Source: Eledone cirrhosa (Eukaryota). From it: 64,000 nt of DNA. Of this stretch, positions 56,775 to 64,000 are shown in pieces (position 1 is the stretch's first letter; each line of letters starts with the position of its first letter). The position numbers and the translations under genes were made by a program. The stretch spans positions 5,394,001 to 5,458,000 of the forward strand of contig OZ024747.1 in the NCBI GenBank assembly GCA_964016885.1, given 5' to 3'. The notes under the pieces were generated by a model that saw only the letters and a list, made by a program, of their open reading frames with translations, searched no databases and was not told the origin of the DNA.

Positions 56775-57335
56775 CTGACTGATAAAATGACAAGTCAGTC
56801 AATAATATCGCTGGCCTCCCCACAGCCCCGGCAGACAGAATAGAGAAGGCGTTTCCCCGGAGGATGGAAAGGGAAACGCGCTGGAAAAGCCATTCCAGCT
56901 CGCGAGACTCACACCTGCGGTTGGCCAGCTCAGCGCCTATGGTGGTGAGTAGGGAGGTAGCCCTAGGGCCGAGGATACCAGAAGTCTCCCCTGCCAAGGG
57001 TACAACCGCAAACCTGTCGGGGAGCGACCGGTATTTGACGAGTTTGGCCTCCTCAGCCCGACGTTCAGCAGAACCTGGGTTAATCGCAGACTGCACCAGG
57101 TTGCGGCTGGAGAAAGTGTTGGTGCAAGTGGATTCCCAGACAAGGGGTTTGCCACCGCGGAACGAGAACATGGTCATACCATTTGGCCTTTTGCCGTCCC
57201 TTCGGTCCAGCCCCACCGGCTCGAGCTGGGAAGGGAAGTCTGCAGCGTCCAAGCCATGCTTTATGACCTCGTTGAGGGCAGTATGGCGTGGAAGGCGGCC
57301 GGCATTGTGGCGACAGGAAAGCGGGTGGAGAAGTA
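56775..57335 (-). mobile_element. CRE-like non-LTR retrotransposon 3' fragment (knuckle end plus RLE)
   Basis: HPLSCRHNAGRLPRHTALNEVIK...LEPVGLDRRDGKRPNGMT...GKPLVWESTC...AEEAKLVKY...FQRVSLSILRGNA. Confidence 0.85.
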
Positions 57336-58892
57336 ACCCTGCCTCTCTTTACATAACTACCAGTGTTTATGTCTAGCATGATATACAACAGAAGTAGCCA
57401 GTCTAATTTACATTACATTCGTTTGGTCGTGTAGCAACGTAATTGATTAAATAGCAAGTATTTGTATGACACAACATGGTGAAGCTTTAATATAAATTTA
57501 ATGTAGATATAACTAGCTTTTAATTAGAACCCTTGCTGTGAACTAATAGTAGCTGGCTTTACATTTCATTATTGTTTTCTTCTTTTTCTTTTTCTTATTT
57601 TTCTTCTTCTCCTTTCTCTTCTTCTTCTTCTTTTTCTCCTTTTTCTTTTTCTCCTTTTTCTTTTTCTCCTTTTTCTTCTTTCTCTCTTTCTTCTCCTCCT
57701 TCGTCCTCTCCTCCTCCCCCTTTATTATTTTACCCTTCACCCTCTTTCTTTTTTCTTCCTATGTTATTTCTCTTCCAGTCTTCTACCTCTCCTAAACTAT
57801 ATCTGTCTCCCCCATATCTAACATCAATGGAAACTAAATTACGTTAGCCGGTCCCTAAATTGTCTTTTCAGGGGCTTTTATTTACATTTTTCGTCTTTCC
57901 CATTCTTGAATTTTAAGTCAATAATAAACTTAGCTTGAGTAACTTCGTGAGATTTTCCAGAAGGTTGCCTTGTTGAAGTGGGAGCTTTTGTTTGTGAGAA
58001 CGAGCGCCATTAATAGTTGTCGTTGTTGTTGTTGTTGTTGTTACTGTAGAGGAGTGCTGTAGAAAACTATACTTAAAAGTTTCCAGCTCATTACATCAGT
58101 TGTACGTGGTAACCGCACCTTCCAGCCTGTCCCTATTGCAATGTACGAGATATCCATGGGGATCTCTACGTGCGTACACCATTATGTAGACACACAAGCT
58201 ACTAGAAATAGCAGCCAAGAGGGATTTCTACTTGTGTATAGGATTATGCGGACAGGACGCGCAAACTAGTAGAAATAGAAGCCAAATCTATTTCAAATCC
58301 CACCATAGCGTCTTAAGAAAATGGAACAGCATTTTTGGATAATATATTCCTAGATACACTGTGTCTGATTGAAAGACTTCAGTAGAATTACTTTGATCAT
58401 ATATTTTCTTGATCAGGGTTGAGTTGTAGCTAAACACGTAGAATGAATTACACACACACGCACGCACGCACGCACGCACGCACGCGCGCGCGCGCGCACA
58501 CAGGCATATACGCGTACACCCACGTATCTCAGACGTTGGCGCAGGTTTATGCTCGTACGTGGTTTTGTTTAGACGGTGGTCATACCTGAAGTAAATAAAT
58601 ATTTAAAGAGTCTTGTTTAAAAGAAATATGTTTGAGAATGTAGAGGGGATAAAATGACTATAATATACAAAGAAATAAGTCTTTTATTAATTGTTCATAA
58701 ATTCAATAACTAAACCATAAATTACAAACAATATATGGTTTGGGTCATCGAACTGTGGTCACAGACATGGCCTCAATATAGGGCTAATAAAATGTAATAA
58801 GCTCCAAAAATGTAGTTAATTGAAAGTGCACACGTCCGTAAGAGAAAAATAATAAGCTATGATTAATTCTTGTCAAGAATAGGAACTTCGGT

Positions 58893-59068
58893 GAGCTGAA
58901 AAGTTCCTGGGTTAAGTAAAAGAAAATACAAAGGAATGGGTTAATTATGATTTTATTCAACATATTCCCCTCTCAGATTCAGATTCTTATTGCAACAGTC
59001 CTACTTCCTCTGTAAGCGTAACAGCTCTACCCTTTCGAGATACCCTTAAGCCAGGAACTTTTCAGCGC
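58893..59068. mobile_element. Tc1/mariner-type MITE
   Basis: Inverted ends GCTGAAAAGTTCCTGG / CCAGGAACTTTTCAGC. Confidence 0.65.
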
Positions 59069-59185
59069 CCTGTTATCTAATTTATCCAGTAGCCCCCAAC
59101 CTTTCACGGAAAAATAGATATTGAGTACCATTATGGCATGATGAACTTGTGTCAACTTCTTACGTATCTAATTTATCAATATAAT

Positions 59186-59368
59186 TGTTTCTACTTTTGG
59201 CACAAGGGCAACAATTAACCAGTACATTACTGGTACTTTATTTTATCGACCCCGTAAGAATGAAAGGCAAAGTTAACCTCGACGGGATTTGAACTCAGAC
59301 CGTAAAGGGACGTAACTATGATAGAAAGCATGGCGTCCAACCTCTACCGATACTGCCAATTCACCGCC
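59186..59368 (-). mobile_element. Full-length SINE family 1 with 14-bp TSD
   Basis: TTTATCAATATAAT at 59172-59185 and 59369-59382. Confidence 0.9.
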
Positions 59369-60131
59369 TTTATCAATATAATGTGAATTCGTATTCTAGC
59401 TTGAGTTTGATATAAATAATGCTTGACTATAATTTCTCTTCATAGACGAAATGATAAGCGGCCAACGAAGTGATTGCCTCCTGATAACCAGCCAACCAGC
59501 TGTGAAACAGGTAAAAGTAATCTCTTGTATTTTATTTTTCTGTGTAGGAACAGAATAACAAAGTTTTTTACATTTCTTTACGTTTTCACAAGAGACTTAT
59601 AAACTATAACTACATTAAATTTATGTATCCATGCATGCATATATGGATATATATATATATATGTATATATGCATACATATTTTACATACACGCATAAACA
59701 CATCTATACACCCCTCTCTCTATATATATACATAAATACATGTGTGTGAGTGCGTAAACACATGTGTATGTGTTTAAGTGGCTGTGTTTGTTTATCCCTC
59801 CCACTTTTTACAATAATTTTTTTTATATCACTTTGGCAGTTGAAAAGCGATTTTTCAACGGGGTTTTCATCACCAAGAAACTATCTCAACTATATTTATA
59901 ACTTATTTTATTTTCCAAATTCATCTGAAATTCAGTTTGCTTTAGTTTGCTAAATGTTGACACATGTGTAAATCTCTTTAACATTTCACTTATATTTTTT
60001 GTCTTAATATATTGCTTCTTTTCACCTTTTTTTCCGTTGCCTCAAATGCGTTTAAATGTACTGCGCGATATCATTCGTTTTTAATGTATGTGCGCGCGCA
60101 TCTATGCGTGCGTGCATCCGAGTGTGAGAAG

Positions 60132-60187
<56 letters not shown>

Positions 60188-60443
60188 AATACAAATGCCA
60201 GCCCGTCCCGTTTTCAATTACCATAGTTACCAAGCAAGAAAGACGCAAGGAGAGGAAATCAACGGGTAAGAAAAGCGAGAGGAAAAGTTACCCAAACTCT
60301 AAACCAAATAGAAATCCGACAAGAATTTGAAAAAATATTGAAAATCCACGAATTTTGTGACACAAATAAATGTATGTAACATTGGCGTATCTAGTAAGTG
60401 TATACATATATACACATGTTTTTCTTTCGCTTTGGCCCCACTA

Positions 60444-60762
60444 GGTCACGGATGACCAGGGTTTTGCACCTAGAAAGTTTCCCTCCGAGGCACAAGTCCG
60501 GGCAAGGTTGTTTGTGGAAGACCAGCAGTCACCCATGCATACCAGTCTCCCCTCTCCACGCCACCGATGTTGTCCAAGGGAAAGCCAATGGCCGATACAG
60601 CTTGGCACCAGTGACGTCGCAACTCATTTCTACAGCTGAGTAAACTGGAGCAACGTGAGATAAAGTGTCTTGCTCAAGAACACAACGCATCACCCGGTCC
60701 GAGAATCGAACTCACAACCTCTCAATTGCAAGCCCAATGCTCTAACCACTAAGCCATGCGCC
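60444..60762 (-). mobile_element. Full-length tRNA-derived SINE family 2 (CORE-like middle)
   Basis: Box A TGGCTTAGTGG, box B GAGTTCGATTC, then TGTGTTCTTGAGCAAGACACTT...CAGCTGTAGAAATG. Confidence 0.88.
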
Positions 60763-61483
60763 TACATAGATGTTTATATATACAAATGTATGTATATATA
60801 AACATGTATGTATAAACTTGCTTGAAATATTGTGTAAATCAAGGTTTTTCAGTAAGATATCTATAAAACATGCTAACTATATGGGGACGTCTTTCATCGC
60901 TTTTAGAGTAACATAATGAGAAATGTATGTATGGGTAGTCCTTAACTATTGAGGAAGTCGTAGGGGCGCTGGATTGATATACAGCGTTTCTAGGGCATTT
61001 TTAAAACCTGGCGCAACCCATCTTCTCTCCAGGTCTGAATACAGCAGATTTCTTCTAGAGTGAGAGAATGAAAGTGAGAGAGAAGTATAGAGGAAGAATT
61101 GACACCAGTACTTGACTGGTACTTTTTTCTATTGCCTTCGAATGAATGAAAGGCAAAGTTGACCTCAGCGAGATTTGAACTCAGAGAGCAGAAAAGAATA
61201 CAGTTAAGCATTCTACCCGGAGTTCAAATGACTTCCAATTTACCACCTATAATGATAAACAATGGTCTAATGTCAGGTCTCCAGGTATTTGCTTCTGAAA
61301 ACTGTTATTTTTCTGCTTTATACCCTAGTGTCTTCTTATCCTCCTTTTGAATAAAAAGTTTTAAAGATCAAAAGTTTCTAATACAGTCCACTTTTCTGTA
61401 TTGAACACTAGATTTGTGGAATACTTACTTCATTCTGTTATATTTGGTGGGGGGGGTCATGTTGTCCTAATACTGCCAAAAAT

Positions 61484-61877
61484 AATAGTTTCTACTTTTG
61501 GCACAAGGCCCGCAAGTATCCCAGTACATTACTGGTACTTTATTTTATCGACCCCGTAAGGATGAAAGGCAAAACTAACCTGGGCGAGATTTGAACTCGG
61601 GCCGTAAAGGGACGTAACTCTATGCTGGAAAGCATGGCGCCCGACTCTCTACTGATACTGCCAATCCACCGCCAATCCATTGCCAAAAATAATAATTGTT
61701 TCTACTTTTGGCAAAAGGCCAGCAATTACCCAGTGTATTACTGGTACTTTATTTTATCGACCCCGTAAGGATGAAAGGCAAAGTTAACCTCGGCTGGTTT
61801 TGAACTCAGATTGGAAAGGGCCGTAACTCTATGCGTCAAAGCATGGCGTCCGACCCTCTACCGATACTGCCAATCCA
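61484..61877 (-). mobile_element. Tandem pair of SINE family 1
   Basis: Copies at about 61484-61673 and 61692-61877; CCAAAAATAATA occurs at all three junctions. Confidence 0.88.
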
Positions 61878-62249
61878 AAAAATAATAATAAAACAAACTT
61901 ACTGTTTCCTTTCGTTTTCGCTTCAGTACGTATATCTTTATATTTTTATAAATAATTTAGCTGGCAATCAATGTTTATCATTGATTGACCAGCATAAGTA
62001 GAAATATAATTTCTCATTCGGTAATCTCATTACAGTGATACTGGATATTCTGGTGTATCCTGGGTGTCAGCATATTTTGATTTCCTGGTTACTGGATTGT
62101 TTTGGAGATTAGGTCGTTCCTTAAAATGTTCAAACTATCGAAGAAATGCAGCGAACGACAGTTTTTTTTTCAACTGAATAAGATTAACATTCTTTGTAAA
62201 TTGAGACTACTTAAAGCCAAAAAAGCCCACACAATTGACAGTTCCAGGA

Positions 62250-62470
62250 TAAAGTGAAAAAGAGCTCTGGAAAAGCACATAAGCAATGGCAATCCAGAGT
62301 GATAATCCCAATTTTCAAAAAGGGAGGCAAGAAAGATCGCTCTAATTATAGAGGGATCTCCTTGTTAAGCCTGCCCGGTAAAGTCTATTCTAAGTGTCTG
62401 ACAAAGAGATATAGCGAGGGAGAATGTCGAGTCCAAGCTAGCAGATGAACAAAAAAAAAAAAAAAAAAAA
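62250..62470 (+). mobile_element. RTE-like LINE RT N-terminal fragment followed by poly(A)
   Basis: WQSRVIIPIFKKGGKKDRSNYRGISLLSLPGKVYSKCL. Confidence 0.8.
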
Positions 62471-62934
62471 GAGTTATGAGATTAGTGAATGGTGCTGTGA
62501 CATAACACCCACCTAAACACTTAACAATTTCTCTACATCTTCAATGATGTGTGTTCCTCATAGTTTAGTAGTGTTACGCTCACTTAAGTTTTGCATGACA
62601 ACTTTTATTTTGTCAGATTGATTCATTATGTTTTAAAGGTTAACTGTGCAAGTTCAAATAATTCTACAACCATATATTTCTTTTCTTCCTCCTTCTACAT
62701 TTTATACAGTATTTAGTTTGTTATCTAACGAAATTGCTTTACGGTTACGTGACATAATGGGAAAAACAAGAGTAGAGAATTAATTTTATTATTTAAATAT
62801 TGGCCTTAAATAGCTGGCCTTGTGCCTAGAGCAGAAATCATTTTTTTAAATATTGCATTTTAAGAAATTATGAAATTTCCATACAAGTGATACAATGTAT
62901 ATATATATATGCGTGTGTATGTGTGTGTGTGTGT

Positions 62935-63490
62935 ATGCGTGTATCTGTTTGTGTATGTATGTATCTGTTTGTGTATGTATGTATCTGTTTGTGTATGTGT
63001 GTATCTGTTTGAGTATGTGTGTATCTGTTTGTGTATGTATGTATCTGTTTGTGTATGTATGTATCTGTTTGTGTGTGTATGTATCTGTTTGTGTATGTAT
63101 GTATATGTTTGTGTATGTGTGTATCTGTTTGTGTATGTGTGTATCTGTTTGTGTATGTGTGTATGTGTGTATCTGTTTGTGTATGTATGTATCTGTTTGT
63201 GTATGTATGTATCTGTTTGTGTATGTATGTATCTGTTTGTGTATGTGTGTATCTGTTTGTGTATGTATGTATATGTTTGTGTATGTATGTATCTGTTTGT
63301 GTATGTGTGTATCTGTTTGTGTATGTATGTATCTGTTTGTGTATGTATGTATCTGTTTGTGTATGTATGTATCTGTTTGTGTATGTGTGTATCTGTCTGT
63401 GTGTGTATGTATCTGTCTGTGTGTGTATGTATCTGTTTGTGTATGTATGTATCTGTTTGTGTATGTGTGTATCTGTTTGTGTGTGTGTGT
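62935..63490. repeat. 20-bp minisatellite (GTATCTGTTTGTGTATGTAT)n
   Basis: About 27 units. Confidence 0.95.
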
Positions 63491-63496
63491 GCTTCT

Positions 63497-63624
63497 ATAG
63501 TGTGGCCCAAAAGTCGCAATATATAGGAAATTTTAAAGTTTCCATATTTATTTATTTTGAATAAATTGTTTCTTTATAAAACATAATTATTTTTTTATGT
63601 ATCACGACTTTTGGACCACCCTGT
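63497..63624. mobile_element. Tc1/mariner-type MITE
   Basis: TAGTGTGGCCCAAAAGTCG ... CGACTTTTGGACCACCCTG, imperfect TIRs. Confidence 0.6.
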
Positions 63625-64000
63625 GTATATATATATGTGTTTGTATATATGTGTGTGTGTTTGTATAAGTATGTGTGTATGTATGTATGTATGTATGTAT
63701 GCGTGTATATATGTCTATGTATGTGTATATATGAACATATAATTACATATAAATTTACACATCTGGGAACATATTTGTATTCCTATAGACACTCAAATAT
63801 CAGCTAATGATATAAATATGATATAAATATATAATATATAATATATAAATATATAACTTCACACTAGCATTGAATAAAAACACCTTGCCATATATCTTAT
63901 TTATATGCCTACTTATAATTTTCCACATATTAACATATATATACATAAATATATATATATATGTATATACATACATGTATATACATATATATATATATAC

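Noticed and set aside
60690-60762. tRNA gene
   Set aside because: tRNA-like head continues into a multi-copy SINE body; no complete cloverleaf or terminator.

Overview
Eukaryotic, AT-rich, microsatellite-saturated non-genic DNA (intergenic or intronic). The repeat landscape is typical of a cephalopod (octopus-like) genome; this is inferred from the SINE types and microsatellite density. I found no convincing host exon, and almost all ORF-track entries are simple-repeat artefacts. The real coding remnants are retroelement fragments: an open 230-codon Penelope-like (PLE, Naiad-type motifs) reverse transcriptase running off the left edge, three CRE-like RLE 3' ends, an intact R4/Dong-like RLE end inside (TACA)n, and RTE fragments including an internally deleted RTE with an HDV-like fold. 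There are also two tRNA-derived SINE families, hAT and Tc1/mariner MITEs, Helitron ends and several minisatellites. The most notable signal is RNA-level: at least 9 recognisable minimal type I hammerhead ribozyme motifs from about 5 unrelated families, plus decayed ones. They are mostly associated with short non-coding elements in (TA)n tracts, several of which form long fold-back palindromes whose arms share private mutations. All structures were identified by eye.
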